Assembly: GCA_944372545.1 (NCBI GenBank)
Contig: CALVZO010000002.1
Coordinates: 4,538-68,537, forward strand
Direction: 5' to 3'
Length of the DNA stretch: 64,000 nucleotides
DNA from: an uncultured Bacilli bacterium
Lineage (GTDB): Bacteria > Bacillota_I > Bacilli_A > RF39 > UBA660
The notes beneath the pieces were generated by a model, which did not search any database, was not told the origin of the DNA, and saw only the letters and a list, made by a program, of their open reading frames with translations. Of this stretch, positions 7,901 to 19,739 are shown one piece after another (positions within the stretch are counted from its first letter, which is position 1; each line of letters starts with the position of its first letter). A program made the translations under genes and the position numbers.

Positions 7901-10277
7901 AAATTATGAAAAAAAATGGCAAGAAATATGGGAAGAGAAAAATGTATTTCATGCCTTAAATGATAGTGATAAGAAAAAATATTATATTTTAGTAGAGTTT
8001 CCCTATCCATCTGGGAGTGGACTACATGTAGGTCATGTTCGCAGTTATACAGCGCTTGATGCTTATGCAAGAATGATGCGAATGAAAGGGTATAATGTTT
8101 TATTTCCAATGGGTTGGGACGCATTTGGGGCTCCGGCAGAACAATATGCAATAAAGAATCATATTCACCCTTCCTTAGCAGTTAAAGAAAATATTAAAAC
8201 TTTTAAAAGTCAAATTAAGTCATTAGGTATATCTTTTGACTGGGATAGAGAATTTTCAACAACTGATCCGGAGTATTATAAATGGACCCAATGGCAATTT
8301 CTACAGTTTTATAAACATGGTATGGCTTATAAAGCCAAGAAAGATATTAACTGGTGTCCAAATTGTAAAACGGGATTATCTAATGAAGATTCTTCCGGTG
8401 GTGTATGCGAGCGATGTGGTACTAAAGTTGTTCAAAAAGAAAAAGAACAATGGATGTTAAAAATGAGTGATTATGCCGAATCTTTAATTGATGGATTAAA
8501 TGATACCAATTTTGCTGATAAAATTAAATTAGGTCAAATTAATTGGATAGGCAAAAGTATTGGAGCGGAAGTTTTATTTCAAGTTAAAGATACTGATAAA
8601 TCTATTAAAGTTTATACAACAAGATGTGATACTCTTTTTGGAGCAACTTTTATGGTTGTATCGCCAGAACACCCAATAATTGAAGAATTAAAGGAAAAAA
8701 TTACTAATTTAGATGAGGTTAGAGATTATCAAATAAAAGCGAAAGAAAAGACAACTTTTGAAAGAACTGAATTAGTTAAAGAAAAAACAGGAGTAAAACT
8801 TGAAGGTGTTACTTGTCTTAATCCCGTTAATAATAATGAAGTTGAAGTTTGGGTAGGAGACTATGTAATGATGGGGTATGGTACAGGAGCAATTATGGCA
8901 GTACCAGCGCATGATGAAAGAGATTACGAATTTGCTAAAAAATTTAATATTCCAATTATCAAAGTTATTGATAGTAAAGATGATACTCTTCCATATATTG
9001 GTGATGGAACGCATATTAATTCAGGATTCCTAGATGGCCTAAATAAGGAAGATGCTATTAATAAAATGTTAGAATATCTTGAAGATAATAATTTAGGAAA
9101 TAAAAAAGTTAATTATCGTTTACAAGACTGGGTTTTTTCAAGACAAAGATTTTGGGGTGAGCCAATTCCTTTAGTTTATTGTGAAAAATGTGGTTGGGTA
9201 CCAGTAAAAGAAGAAGATTTACCAGTATTACTTCCTGATGTAGCAGAGTATGAGCCGACTGATGATGGAGAAAGTCCACTTGCAAAAATCACAGACTGGG
9301 TTAATACGACTTGTCCGAAGTGTGGCGGGCACGCAAGAAGAGAAACAGATACAATGCCAAACTGGGCAGGATCTAGTTGGTATTTCTTAAGATATATGGA
9401 TCCTCATAATCAAAATGAATTTGCATCTCTTGATGCCTTAAAATATTGGGGGAAAGTTGACTGGTATAATGGTGGTATGGAACACACTACAAGACATTTA
9501 TTATATGCAAGATTTTGGAATCAATTCTTATATAATATTGGTTTAGTTCCTAATAGTGAGCCAATTGATATAAGAGTATCTCATGGTATGATTTTAGGCT
9601 CTAATAACGAAAAAATGAGTAAGAGTAAAGGTAATGTTGTAAATCCAGATGATATAGTTAATGAATATGGGGCAGATACTTTAAGAACTTATGAAACGTT
9701 TATTGGGGATTATGAAAAAGATGCTGCTTGGAGTACAGAATCATTAAAAGGTTGTAAGAGATTTTTAGATAGAGTTAGTAGATTACAAACTAAATTAAAT
9801 GATAAAAATGGGTTTACTGATGATTTCATTATTAATAAAACAATTAAAAAAGTTACAAATGATTTGCAAAATATGAAATATAATACAGTTGTATCTTCCT
9901 TAATGATTTTAACTGGTTTCTTAGAAAAATGTGAAAGTATTACTAAAGATGATTATAGAACTCTTTTATTGCTATTAAATCCAATTGCACCTCATATTAC
10001 AGAAGAATTAAATGAAGTAAACAATTTAGGAAATATGTTAGTACTAAGTGCTTGGCCAGAATATGATGATGCCAAAACAATTGATGAAGAATTAGAAATT
10101 GGTGTTCAAGTTAATGGTAAATTAAGAGGCTCTATCAAAATTAAGAAAGATGAAGATAAAGAAATTATTTTAGAAAAAGCATTAAAGGAAGAAAATGTTA
10201 TGAAACACCTAGAAGGAAAAGACATTATTAAAGAAATAGTAATACCAAATAAAATAGTAAATATTGTAGTTAAATAG
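7890..10277 (+). CDS. leuS: Leucine--tRNA ligase
   Basis: N-terminus NFKNYEKKWQEIWEE resembles B. subtilis LeuS. HIGH-type HVGH and KMSKS are present. The GTG at 7884 is an alternative start. Confidence 0.93.
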   Translation: MNFKNYEKKWQEIWEEKNVFHALNDSDKKKYYILVEFPYPSGSGLHVGHVRSYTALDAYARMMRMKGYNVLFPMGWDAFGAPAEQYAIKNHIHPSLAVKENIKTFKSQIKSLGISFDWDREFSTTDPEYYKWTQWQFLQFYKHGMAYKAKKDINWCPNCKTGLSNEDSSGGVCERCGTKVVQKEKEQWMLKMSDYAESLIDGLNDTNFADKIKLGQINWIGKSIGAEVLFQVKDTDKSIKVYTTRCDTLFGATFMVVSPEHPIIEELKEKITNLDEVRDYQIKAKEKTTFERTELVKEKTGVKLEGVTCLNPVNNNEVEVWVGDYVMMGYGTGAIMAVPAHDERDYEFAKKFNIPIIKVIDSKDDTLPYIGDGTHINSGFLDGLNKEDAINKMLEYLEDNNLGNKKVNYRLQDWVFSRQRFWGEPIPLVYCEKCGWVPVKEEDLPVLLPDVAEYEPTDDGESPLAKITDWVNTTCPKCGGHARRETDTMPNWAGSSWYFLRYMDPHNQNEFASLDALKYWGKVDWYNGGMEHTTRHLLYARFWNQFLYNIGLVPNSEPIDIRVSHGMILGSNNEKMSKSKGNVVNPDDIVNEYGADTLRTYETFIGDYEKDAAWSTESLKGCKRFLDRVSRLQTKLNDKNGFTDDFIINKTIKKVTNDLQNMKYNTVVSSLMILTGFLEKCESITKDDYRTLLLLLNPIAPHITEELNEVNNLGNMLVLSAWPEYDDAKTIDEELEIGVQVNGKLRGSIKIKKDEDKEIILEKALKEENVMKHLEGKDIIKEIVIPNKIVNIVVK

Positions 10278-10336
10278 GCAAATTTAAAATTTGTCTTTTT
10301 TAATAAATAATGTTATAAATATATTGAAGGTGAATA

Positions 10337-10771
10337 ATGAAAAATTTTAATTTAAAAATGAATATTTTAATTACTTTAAATTTACTTTTAATACTATCTT
10401 TAGGGTTAATTGGATTTTATAATATATATAAAGATAAGGAAAATAAAAAAGTAGATAATAATTTATTATATAGTATCAAAAAGAGTAATTTAAATTGTGA
10501 ACAAGTTATATTAAATATTTTTAAAGATAATACATATGAATATATTTATGAATATGATGAGTTTAATAATAAATATAGTAAACTAAAAGGTACTTTTAAT
10601 TATCAAATAGATGATATAATTCAAAATAATGAAGAAAGTAGTAATATAAATTATTTAGTAACTGATAATTTAGGAAATACTTATAAAATAGATGAAAGTA
10701 ATATTTATTTACAAGAATTTTTAGAAGAAATAAATATTAATTTAGATAATTGTTTAAAAATAATTAATTAA
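10337..10771 (+). CDS. Hypothetical membrane-anchored protein
   Basis: N-terminal hydrophobic helix and good RBS context. No motif recognised. Confidence 0.4.
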   Translation: MKNFNLKMNILITLNLLLILSLGLIGFYNIYKDKENKKVDNNLLYSIKKSNLNCEQVILNIFKDNTYEYIYEYDEFNNKYSKLKGTFNYQIDDIIQNNEESSNINYLVTDNLGNTYKIDESNIYLQEFLEEININLDNCLKIIN

Positions 10772-10822
10772 TAATTGTTATTAAAATATATATCATTTAT
10801 AATAGGAAACGGAAGTGATTAT

Positions 10823-12094
10823 ATGGAAAATGCAACTTTACTACCTGCAGATAGATATGTAGTTATTAGTAAAAGTATCTTAACAGATATAGATAGAGAT
10901 ATTATTATTAATTTATATCAACCATTAATAGGTTCTTTTGCAGTTTCCCTATATTTTACTTTATGGAACGATTTAAAAATGACTAGTTTTATGAGTAATG
11001 ATTTAATTCATCATCATTTAATGGTTGTATTAAAAAGCGGAATAAATAATATAAAGATAGCAAGAGAATCCTTAGAGGCTTTTGGTTTAATAAGAAGTTT
11101 TCTAAAAGAAGGTTCTTTAAATGAATATTTATATGAAATTTATTCACCTCTTACTCCTAGTGAATTTTTTAATCACCCGATATTAAATGTTGTTTTATAT
11201 AATAATGTTGGTGAAAAAGAATATGAAACAATAAAAAATAGATATAAAACCCCAAGATTTGATTATAAAGATTTAGTTGAAGTTACTAAGAAATTAGATG
11301 AAGTATATGATACATCTAAATTTACTTTAGCAAGTAATTTACAAGATAAAACTAGTAATAATATATTAGTTAGTGAAAGAATTAATTTTGATGAAATATT
11401 AAGTAGTATACCAAAAGGGATTATTAATGAAAAAGCCTTAACTAAAAGGGTAAGGGAATTAATTAATAATTTAGCCTTTATTTATAATATTGATACTTTA
11501 AAAATGACAGAGTTAATAAGAAGTGTATTAAATGAGTATGGTAATATTGATAAAAATGGGTTAAGAATAGTAGCAAGAAAAGATTATCAATTTAAAAATG
11601 GAACATTACCAACCCTTATTTATAGAACTCAACCAGATTATTTAAAAAATCCATTGGGAGATAATTCCAAAAGAGGAAGAATTATTGGGGTATTTGAAAA
11701 TACTTCTCCTTATGATTTTTTAAGATTTAAAAATGGAGGTAAACCAACAGCAAGAGAATTAAAATTATTAGAGAAATTAATAATTGATTTAGAATTATCT
11801 CCTGCTGTAGTCAATGTTTTAGTAGATTATGTTCTTAGAAAAAATAATAATAAATTAACGGAAGGTTATGTTGAAACTATTGCGAGTCAGTGGAAAAGAG
11901 CGGGGTTAAAAACAGCCCAAGAGGCAATGGAATTTGCGGAAAAAGAACATAAGAAAATGATTAAAAAAGAAACTTTTAAAGAAAATAAAACAAAGAGTCC
12001 AACCCCAATTTGGTTTAATCAAAATATTAAAGACGAAAATTTAAGTGAAGAAGAAGAAAAAGAGTTAAAAGAACTTTTAAAGGAGTTTAATTAA
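10823..12094 (+). CDS. dnaB: Replication initiation and membrane attachment protein (Bacillus-type DnaB, DnaD-domain helicase loader component)
   Basis: N-terminus LPADRYVVISKSILTDIDRDIIINLYQPLIG matches the B. subtilis DnaB N-terminus. Immediately followed by dnaI. Start moved to the ATG at 10823. Confidence 0.75.
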   Translation: MENATLLPADRYVVISKSILTDIDRDIIINLYQPLIGSFAVSLYFTLWNDLKMTSFMSNDLIHHHLMVVLKSGINNIKIARESLEAFGLIRSFLKEGSLNEYLYEIYSPLTPSEFFNHPILNVVLYNNVGEKEYETIKNRYKTPRFDYKDLVEVTKKLDEVYDTSKFTLASNLQDKTSNNILVSERINFDEILSSIPKGIINEKALTKRVRELINNLAFIYNIDTLKMTELIRSVLNEYGNIDKNGLRIVARKDYQFKNGTLPTLIYRTQPDYLKNPLGDNSKRGRIIGVFENTSPYDFLRFKNGGKPTARELKLLEKLIIDLELSPAVVNVLVDYVLRKNNNKLTEGYVETIASQWKRAGLKTAQEAMEFAEKEHKKMIKKETFKENKTKSPTPIWFNQNIKDENLSEEEEKELKELLKEFN

Positions 12095-12095
12095 G

Positions 12096-12977
12096 ATGGA
12101 TTTAAAAGTAGATAAGAATAAAATAAATAATGAAGTAGATAAAAATTATCAAGAAGCAATGCAAAATGAAGATTACCTAAAGTTAGTAAAAAGATTAAAA
12201 ATTAGTGAAAAAGATGCTAAAAAGAATACGATGAAATTAAATGATTCCTTAGAAGAATTAAATAATTGTAAAAATTGTAGTAGTCTATTTACTTGTCCTA
12301 ATAAAGTAAAAGGGTATGTTTATTTTCCAGAAAAGAAAGAAAGTCGTTTGATTTTTTCCTATATTCCTTGTAAATATAAGAAAAAAGCCGATAAATTATT
12401 AGAAGAAAAGAAAACTAATCAAAGTATTTTAAGTAGTGCAAGAATTAAAGATATTAAAATAACTAAGAATAGAAGTGAAATAATTAAATGGATTAAAGAT
12501 TATTATGATAATTATAATCCTTATAAAACTGATAAAGGGCTATATTTACATGGTAATTTTGGGACTGGTAAAAGTTTTTTAGTAGCATCTCTTTTAAATG
12601 AATTAAAAAATAAATATGGCATAAGGACCGAAATTGTTTATTTTCCAGAATTATTAAGAAAATTAAAAGAAGATTTAAATTTAGTTGGTGATAAATTATA
12701 TTATTTAGAAAATGTTGATGTTTTATTGCTAGATGATATTGGGGCAGAAAAAGTAACTGAGTGGGGAAGAGATGAAATACTAGGAACTATTTTACAAACT
12801 AGAATGAATAATGGAATGCCAACATTTTTTACTTCAAATTTAAATATAAATGAATTAGAAAGTCATTTAAGTCTAACAAATAATAAAGAAGATTTAGTGA
12901 AAGCAAAGAGAATTATTGAAAGAATTAAGTATTTAACTAAAGATATGGAATTACTGGGAAATAACTATCGGGAATAG
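12096..12977 (+). CDS. dnaI: Primosomal helicase loader DnaI
   Basis: N-terminal Cys-rich zinc motif (CKNCSS..CPN), Walker A GNFGTGKSF and Walker B LLLDDIGAE. dnaB-dnaI synteny. Confidence 0.85.
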   Translation: MDLKVDKNKINNEVDKNYQEAMQNEDYLKLVKRLKISEKDAKKNTMKLNDSLEELNNCKNCSSLFTCPNKVKGYVYFPEKKESRLIFSYIPCKYKKKADKLLEEKKTNQSILSSARIKDIKITKNRSEIIKWIKDYYDNYNPYKTDKGLYLHGNFGTGKSFLVASLLNELKNKYGIRTEIVYFPELLRKLKEDLNLVGDKLYYLENVDVLLLDDIGAEKVTEWGRDEILGTILQTRMNNGMPTFFTSNLNINELESHLSLTNNKEDLVKAKRIIERIKYLTKDMELLGNNYRE

Positions 12978-12990
12978 TCATTTCTTTTTA

Positions 12991-13041
12991 AAAACATTTG
13001 TTCGTTTTAGTATTGACAATTAAATTTCTTTAATGTAAAAT
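12991..13041 (+). promoter_or_regulatory. recA promoter with an upstream degenerate LexA (Cheo) box
   Basis: aaaacatttgttcg (12991..13004) compared with consensus CGAAC-N4-GTTCG. TTGACA (13013..13018), 17-nt spacer, TG + TAAAAT (13034..13041). Confidence 0.55.
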
Positions 13042-13069
13042 GGACTTATCAGAGAGTGAAGGAGAAAAT

Positions 13070-14089
13070 ATGAATAAGTCAAAAGATGTTAAGAATACAG
13101 ATAAGGCTCTTGAACAAGTATTAAAAGATATTGAAAAACAATTTGGTTCGGGGGCAATAATGAAATTAGGGGCTGACGAACATATTAAAATAGATGTAAC
13201 TAGCACTGGGTCCATTGCACTAGATGTTGCTTTAGGTGTTGGTGGTTTACCAAAAGGGAGGATTATAGAAATATATGGACCAGAATCATCAGGAAAAACA
13301 ACAATAGCACTTCATGCCATAGCAGAAGCGCAAAAATCTGGAGGAAGAGCGGCATTTATTGATGCTGAACATGCACTAGATCCTGTTTATGCTAAAAAAT
13401 TAGGGGTTGATATTAACGAACTTTTATTAAGTCAACCAGATACTGGAGAACAAGCATTAGAAATTTGTGATGCTCTAGTTAAGAGTGAAGCAATTGATTT
13501 AATTGTTATTGACTCAGTCGCGGCTTTAGTACCCCAAGCAGAAATTGATGGAGAAATGGGCGATAGTCATGTTGGCTTACAAGCAAGATTAATGTCTCAA
13601 GCCTTAAGAAAGTTATCAGGTTCTTTAAATAAAACTAATACAACCGCTATATTTATAAATCAATTAAGAGAAAAAGTTGGTGTGTTATTTGGTAATCCTG
13701 AGACTACACCGGGCGGAAGGGCTTTAAAATTTTATTCTTCAGTTAGACTTGATATTAGAAGAGGAGAACAAATAAAACAAGGAGAACAAGTTTTAGGTAA
13801 TAAGACTAATATTAAAGTAGTTAAAAATAAAGTTGCACCACCTTTTAAAACTGCATCAGTTGATATTATGTATGGTGAAGGTATTTCTCATGTTGGGGAA
13901 TTAGTAGATATTGGTAGTGAAATTGGTGTTGTTGATAAAAGTGGGGCTTGGTATGCTTATAAGGGAGAAAAAATTGGTCAAGGTAAAGAAAATGTGAAGG
14001 CATTTTTGAAAGTTAATCCCGATATTGCCGAAGAAATTGAAGATAAAATTTATGAACATTATGGTTTTACTAAAAAGAAAGAAGAGTAG
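13070..14089 (+). CDS. recA: Recombinase RecA
   Basis: GPESSGKTT Walker A and FIDAEHALD, conserved throughout. Start set at the ATG at 13070 behind GAAGGAG. Confidence 0.97.
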   Translation: MNKSKDVKNTDKALEQVLKDIEKQFGSGAIMKLGADEHIKIDVTSTGSIALDVALGVGGLPKGRIIEIYGPESSGKTTIALHAIAEAQKSGGRAAFIDAEHALDPVYAKKLGVDINELLLSQPDTGEQALEICDALVKSEAIDLIVIDSVAALVPQAEIDGEMGDSHVGLQARLMSQALRKLSGSLNKTNTTAIFINQLREKVGVLFGNPETTPGGRALKFYSSVRLDIRRGEQIKQGEQVLGNKTNIKVVKNKVAPPFKTASVDIMYGEGISHVGELVDIGSEIGVVDKSGAWYAYKGEKIGQGKENVKAFLKVNPDIAEEIEDKIYEHYGFTKKKEE

Positions 14090-14205
14090 CATCTTCTTTT
14101 TTAATTAAGGATTTTATCTTGATAAATGTTTTTTTTGCGCTTATAATAAAATTATAGATAATTATATTTAATATATTTTCTAATAAATGAAAATGGAGTG
14201 AAAAA

Positions 14206-15759
14206 ATGGAAAAAATAGCCATGAACATTTTACTTCTATTTCTTGGAACATTAATTGGAGCAATTATTACTGTAATTATAAATTATATGCGGGGGGTAAA
14301 CGCCCAAAATAAGGCTGATAAACTTTTAGAAGATGCAAAAAAAGAAATTGAAAAGAGTAAAAGAGATACTCTTCTAGAAGTTAAAGAAGAATCATATAAA
14401 TTAAAACAACAAACTAATACAGAAATTAAAGAAAAAAAACAAGAGATAAAAGAAAGTGAAGAAAGACTATTAAATAGAGAAAATAGTCTTGATAAAAGAG
14501 AAGAAATATTACAAAAAAGAGATTTAGCCTTAGAAGAAAAAGAAAATAATTTATTAGTAAAACAACAAAGTTTACAAGAAAAAGAAGAAAAAATGGAAAA
14601 ACTTTTGAAAGAAGAAGTTTTAGAGTTAGAAAGAATTTCTAACTTAACTAAAGAAAAAGCGCATGATTTAATTATGGCAAGAATTGAATCAGATATGGCT
14701 TTAGAAATAGCAGAATACATAAGAGATGAAGAAGCAAAAGCAAAATTAGAAGCAAGTGATAAAGCCAAACAACTTATTGTTAGCAGTATGGAAAGATATG
14801 CTGATGATGTTGTAAGTGTTCAAACTGTATCTACTATTGAACTTCCTAATGATGAAATGAAAGGAAGATTAATTGGTAGAGAAGGAAGAAATATAAGAAC
14901 TATTGAATCAGTTACTGGTGTTGATTTAATTATTGATGATACTCCAGAAGCAATAGTTATATCTTCGTTTGATCCTTTAAGAAGAGAAATTGCCAAAAAT
15001 ACAATTGAAACATTGATAAAAGATGGAAGAATCCACCCAAGTCGTATTGAAGAAGTTTATGAAAAAGCATCTAAAGATGCATTTAATATGATAACGGAAA
15101 TTGGTAATACTGCAATTACTGATTTAGGTATAAGTAAAATGGACCCTGATTTAATTAACTTAGTAGGTAAATTAAATTTTCGAACAAGTTATGGTCAAAA
15201 TGCTTTGAAACACTCAATTGAAGTTGCTAATCTTTGTGGCTTAATGGCAGGAGAACTTGGTGAAAATGTCACTTTAGCCAAAAGAGCCGGATTACTACAT
15301 GATATCGGAAAAGCAATTGACTTTGAAGTCGAAGGAAGTCATGTTGAAGTTGGTGAACAAATTGCCAAAAAATATCATGAAAATGAAGTGGTAATTGATG
15401 CTATTACTTCCCATCATGGCGATAGAGATGCGAAATCAATAATTGCGGTTTTAGTAAGTGTAGCAGATACTTTATCTGCGGCACGACCTGGAGCAAGAAA
15501 TGATTCTGTAGAAAATTACATTAAAAGATTAGAAGAATTAGAAGAAATTGGTAATTCTTTTGAAGGTGTAGAAAAAGCCTACGCAATGCAAGCAGGTAGA
15601 GAAATCAGAGTAATGGTTAAACCTGATGAAATTGATGATGCTCGAAGTTTTCAAATTGCCAGAGAAATTAAAGATAAAATTGAAGAAGAAATGCAATATC
15701 CAGGAACAATTAAAGTTACTGTTATAAGAGAAACAAGAGCCCAAGAAGAAGCAAAATAA
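14206..15759 (+). CDS. rny: Ribonuclease Y
   Basis: N-terminal TM helix, E/K-rich coiled coil, KH domain (GREGRNIR) and HD domain (LLHDIGKA). Confidence 0.93.
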   Translation: MEKIAMNILLLFLGTLIGAIITVIINYMRGVNAQNKADKLLEDAKKEIEKSKRDTLLEVKEESYKLKQQTNTEIKEKKQEIKESEERLLNRENSLDKREEILQKRDLALEEKENNLLVKQQSLQEKEEKMEKLLKEEVLELERISNLTKEKAHDLIMARIESDMALEIAEYIRDEEAKAKLEASDKAKQLIVSSMERYADDVVSVQTVSTIELPNDEMKGRLIGREGRNIRTIESVTGVDLIIDDTPEAIVISSFDPLRREIAKNTIETLIKDGRIHPSRIEEVYEKASKDAFNMITEIGNTAITDLGISKMDPDLINLVGKLNFRTSYGQNALKHSIEVANLCGLMAGELGENVTLAKRAGLLHDIGKAIDFEVEGSHVEVGEQIAKKYHENEVVIDAITSHHGDRDAKSIIAVLVSVADTLSAARPGARNDSVENYIKRLEELEEIGNSFEGVEKAYAMQAGREIRVMVKPDEIDDARSFQIAREIKDKIEEEMQYPGTIKVTVIRETRAQEEAK

Positions 15760-15831
15760 CTTGTTTCTTTTTTATTGACTTTTACTACTTATTTGCTATA
15801 ATCATATTTACAGAAAGAAGAGAAGAAATTT

Positions 15832-16593
15832 ATGATTTCAAAAAAAAGATTGTTATCAACAATAATTGCTTTGGTAACAATCACATCTGCTACATCTTGT
15901 AGCAAAAACAAACAAGCAATTAGTATGGTATCAAATGTTGATGCTGAAAGTGTAATTGAAAATTCAATTGATGTGCCCCTCGAAAGTAGTGAGGTAAATC
16001 AAAACTTAAGTTATGATATTTTAGATAGTTTCAATGATGAAAGCAAAGAGGAACAAACAAAAAATGAAGTAATTGAAGAAAATATATCTAATGAAGAAGT
16101 ATCATTGGAAATAGTAAAAGAAAATACATCTAATGAAATTGTTAAAACTGAAGATTATCCAATTTCTTTATTAAATGCAAATCTTTATACAATAGATATT
16201 AATTACCAAGATGTAATTAGAACTTATTTAGAAACTGATTATAGCGAAAGAGAACAATTAGATTTAAATTACATAAAGGCTTTATATATGCTTTTATATA
16301 ATACAAATATACCTATGACAAATTATCTAAAAGAATTAAATACAATGGCTATAATGCAACAAATACCAACTTGTGTTCCAGAAGATATTTGGAATAAAGA
16401 GTTTGCTAATTTATTAACAAATTTTGATTATGAAAATGAATCATTATTTGAAAAATTTGGCCCACTTGCTTATTATGTTCACGTTCTTAAATGTGAAGAA
16501 GAACATAATTTAAATATTTATGGTGGTTATACTTGTCCAAATTTAGATAAAGAATTAAAATTAGAATTAATAAAAGACACTGATTTGAACTGA
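15832..16593 (+). CDS. Hypothetical lipoprotein
   Basis: Signal peptide with a lipobox-like ATSC at residues 20-23. Acidic, low-complexity N-terminal region. Confidence 0.5.
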   Translation: MISKKRLLSTIIALVTITSATSCSKNKQAISMVSNVDAESVIENSIDVPLESSEVNQNLSYDILDSFNDESKEEQTKNEVIEENISNEEVSLEIVKENTSNEIVKTEDYPISLLNANLYTIDINYQDVIRTYLETDYSEREQLDLNYIKALYMLLYNTNIPMTNYLKELNTMAIMQQIPTCVPEDIWNKEFANLLTNFDYENESLFEKFGPLAYYVHVLKCEEEHNLNIYGGYTCPNLDKELKLELIKDTDLN

Positions 16594-16630
16594 ACTATAT
16601 TAATTTAGACAGTTTCAAAAGTGTCTTTTT

Positions 16631-18307
16631 TTAATCTTCTTTTTGATTAACTTCCATAATAACTGGTAATATTATTGGCCTTCTTCTTGTAAGTTCATTA
16701 ATATATGGAAGTAATTCTAAAATAATTTGATTTTTTAAATCTGTATAATTATATATAGAAGTTTTCAAGAAATTATTAACAATGTCACTTATTTTATGTT
16801 CTATTTTATTCATTAATTCTTGATTTTCATTTACTAAGACAAATCCTCTTGCAGTAACATTAGGTTTAATTAATAATTTTCTTGATAAAGTATTTATATT
16901 TAAAATAGTAATAAGTATACCATCTTGACTCATAAGTTTACGATCTTTTATAACAACACTGCCAACATCACCAACTCTTGAGCCATCAACATAAACATCG
17001 CCAGCAGTAATAGTACCTCCTCTTGAAACTATACCATCTTTAAGAAGTATCACATCACCATTACTACAAATAAAAGTATTTTCTTCTGGAATATCACACA
17101 TTTTTGCAATATTAGCATGTTGTTTTAACATTCTAAATTCTCCATGCATTGGCATAAAATATTTTGGCTTTATTATTCTTAACATCCATTTTAATTCTTC
17201 TAATTTTGCATGCCCTGATGTATGAATATCACTAAACTCAGTATTTGTAAAAACTTTAACTCCTTTTAAACATAATTTATTGATAATTCTATTAATACTT
17301 TCACTATTTCCAGGAATTGGACTAGAAGAAAATATTACTAAATCATCTGGTAAAAGAGATATTTGTTTATGAGAACCATTAGCAATTCTTGATAAAGCCG
17401 CAAGAGGCTCTCCTTGGGAACCAGTACATAAAATACATATTTCATTTCTCTTCAATTTCTTTGCTTCTTTACTATCAATAAAAATTGATTTATCACTAAT
17501 TAAATTATTGTTAAGGGCAAGTTCAATTGAAGCTTCCATACTTCTTCCAAATACTATTATTTTTCTATTATATTTTTTACAAGTTTCTACTATATGTTTA
17601 ATTCGGAATATATTAGATGCAAATGTTGCAATTATTACTCTTCCAATATGTCTACTTATAATATCATTTAAAGTTCCATCAACAACAGATTCAGAATTAG
17701 AAAAACCAGTTGATAAAGCATTAGTGGAGTCACTTAATAAAAGTGTTACTCCCTTACTTCCTAAATAAGCCATTTTATGAATATCAGCCATTGGTCCAAT
17801 TGGAGTTAAATCGAATTTAAAATCTCCTGTTTCAAATATAACCCCGTTTGGAGTATGAATAACTATAGCAAAACTATCAGGAATAGAGTGAGTAGTATTT
17901 ACAAATTCAATTTTAAAATGCTTAGTATTTACTACTAAATCTTTATCAATAACTTCAATATTTTTATAATTAATACCTCTTTCTTCTAACTTTTTATTAA
18001 TTAAATCTTTTGCAATTTTTGGGGCATAAATAATTGGTATATTTACTTGATTAAGTAAAAAAGGTATTCCTCCAATATGGTCTTCATGTCCATGAGTTAT
18101 AAATAAACCTTTAATTTTTTCTTCATTTTGTTTTAAATAGGTAACATCTTGAATAACATAATCAACCCCTAAAAGGCCTATTTCTGGAAACATAACTCCG
18201 GCATCAATTACGATAATTTCATCATTATGGGTAATAACATACATGTTTTTCCCAACTTCGCCAAGACCACCTAAAGCGACAATACTAGTCGCATTGTTTT
18301 CTTTCAT
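16631..18307 (-). CDS. rnj: Ribonuclease J
   Basis: Metallo-beta-lactamase motif HGHEDHIGG, beta-CASP architecture, ~558 aa. Start moved to the ATG at 18307 (MKENNATS) behind AGAGGGA. Confidence 0.9.
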   Translation of the reverse strand: MKENNATSIVALGGLGEVGKNMYVITHNDEIIVIDAGVMFPEIGLLGVDYVIQDVTYLKQNEEKIKGLFITHGHEDHIGGIPFLLNQVNIPIIYAPKIAKDLINKKLEERGINYKNIEVIDKDLVVNTKHFKIEFVNTTHSIPDSFAIVIHTPNGVIFETGDFKFDLTPIGPMADIHKMAYLGSKGVTLLLSDSTNALSTGFSNSESVVDGTLNDIISRHIGRVIIATFASNIFRIKHIVETCKKYNRKIIVFGRSMEASIELALNNNLISDKSIFIDSKEAKKLKRNEICILCTGSQGEPLAALSRIANGSHKQISLLPDDLVIFSSSPIPGNSESINRIINKLCLKGVKVFTNTEFSDIHTSGHAKLEELKWMLRIIKPKYFMPMHGEFRMLKQHANIAKMCDIPEENTFICSNGDVILLKDGIVSRGGTITAGDVYVDGSRVGDVGSVVIKDRKLMSQDGILITILNINTLSRKLLIKPNVTARGFVLVNENQELMNKIEHKISDIVNNFLKTSIYNYTDLKNQIILELLPYINELTRRRPIILPVIMEVNQKED

Positions 18308-18442
18308 AATTTCCCTCTTTCTTAAAATAAAAGTTCTAAAACTATTAATGATTATACCAAAAAAATAAGTAGTTGTAAACAAACTTGTAAAAATAGTTTA
18401 AAATAGTTGTAAAGTTTGATATTATTAAAGGGGTGAAATAAT

Positions 18443-19435
18443 ATGGGATTATTTGATAAGTTAAAAAATATTGTAGCCAAAAAATCTGCGGTTTTAGATA
18501 AAAATGAAAAAGAAGAAATTATAAATTATGAAAAGGGTTTAAAAAAGACAAGAGAAGAATTTGTTTCTAAATTAAATATTTTAGGATTTAAATATACTAA
18601 AGTAAGTGAAGAATATTTTGAAGAATTAGAAAATATTTTAATTATGGCTGATATTGGGGTTAATACAGTCATGAAATTTATGGATAAATTAAGAAAAAGA
18701 GTAAAAGAAGAAAATATTACTGATACAGAATATTTAAAAGAAGTTATTGTCGATGAACTTTTAATAATTTATGTTGAAGGGGAAAGTTTATCTGATAAAA
18801 TTAAGATAAATGAAAATGGACCAACAGTTATTTTAATGGTTGGAGTTAATGGTGTTGGTAAAACTACCACTATTGCTAAACTTGCTTATAAATATAAAAG
18901 TGAAGATAAAAGTGTTATGCTTATTGCTGGTGATACTTTTAGAGCTGGGGCTAGTGAACAATTAAAAATATGGGCAGATAAAACCGATTCTTTATTTTAT
19001 GGCAAAAGTGAGAGTGATGCTGCGAGTGTTATATATGATGGCCTTTTATTAGCCAAAGAAAAAAATGTTGATATAGTTTTAATTGATACAGCGGGTAGAT
19101 TACAAAATAAAGTCAATTTAATGAAAGAATTAGAAAAGATAAATAAAGTAATTGGAACTCATATAGAAGGTGCTCCCCATGAAACTCTTTTAGTAATTGA
19201 TGCCCAAACTGGCCAAAATGGAATTATGCAAGCAAAGGCTTTTAAGGAAATTACAAATATTACGGGTATTGTTTTAACTAAATTAGATGGAACTGCTAAA
19301 GGGGGAATAGTTCTTGCTATTAAAGAAGAAGTTAATTTACCGGTAAAATTTATTGGTTTAGGAGAAAAAATGACTGATTTAAAACCATTTGATATTGAAA
19401 ATTATATTTATGGTTTATTTAAGGATATGATTTAA
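18443..19435 (+). CDS. ftsY: Signal recognition particle receptor FtsY
   Basis: SRP GTPase motifs GVNGVGKTTT, DTAGR and TKLDG. Confidence 0.93.
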   Translation: MGLFDKLKNIVAKKSAVLDKNEKEEIINYEKGLKKTREEFVSKLNILGFKYTKVSEEYFEELENILIMADIGVNTVMKFMDKLRKRVKEENITDTEYLKEVIVDELLIIYVEGESLSDKIKINENGPTVILMVGVNGVGKTTTIAKLAYKYKSEDKSVMLIAGDTFRAGASEQLKIWADKTDSLFYGKSESDAASVIYDGLLLAKEKNVDIVLIDTAGRLQNKVNLMKELEKINKVIGTHIEGAPHETLLVIDAQTGQNGIMQAKAFKEITNITGIVLTKLDGTAKGGIVLAIKEEVNLPVKFIGLGEKMTDLKPFDIENYIYGLFKDMI

Positions 19436-19737
19436 TGGAAAAGTTTATTTATTATAATGAATTATATTTAATTTATAAAGATTTAATTAAGAATAAAAGT
19501 ATTCTAATATTTGATTTATATTATGGAGATAATTTAACTATGCAAGAAATTGCTAATATGAAAAATATATCTAAAAGTAGAGTAGGAAGTATTATTAAAA
19601 ATATTCAAAATAAATTAGATTTTTATGAAAGTACTCTACATATATATGAAAATAATAAAAGATTAAATAAATTATTAGAAGTTAATAATATAAGTGCAAT
19701 AAAAAAAGAAATAAAATTAATAATTAAAGGAGAATAA
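19435..19737 (+). CDS. ylxM: YlxM-like small helix-turn-helix protein (UPF0122)
   Basis: 100 aa. LTMQEIANMKNISKSRV resembles sigma region 4-like YlxM. Conserved position directly upstream of ffh. Confidence 0.75.
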   Translation: MEKFIYYNELYLIYKDLIKNKSILIFDLYYGDNLTMQEIANMKNISKSRVGSIIKNIQNKLDFYESTLHIYENNKRLNKLLEVNNISAIKKEIKLIIKGE

Positions 19738-19739
19738 TT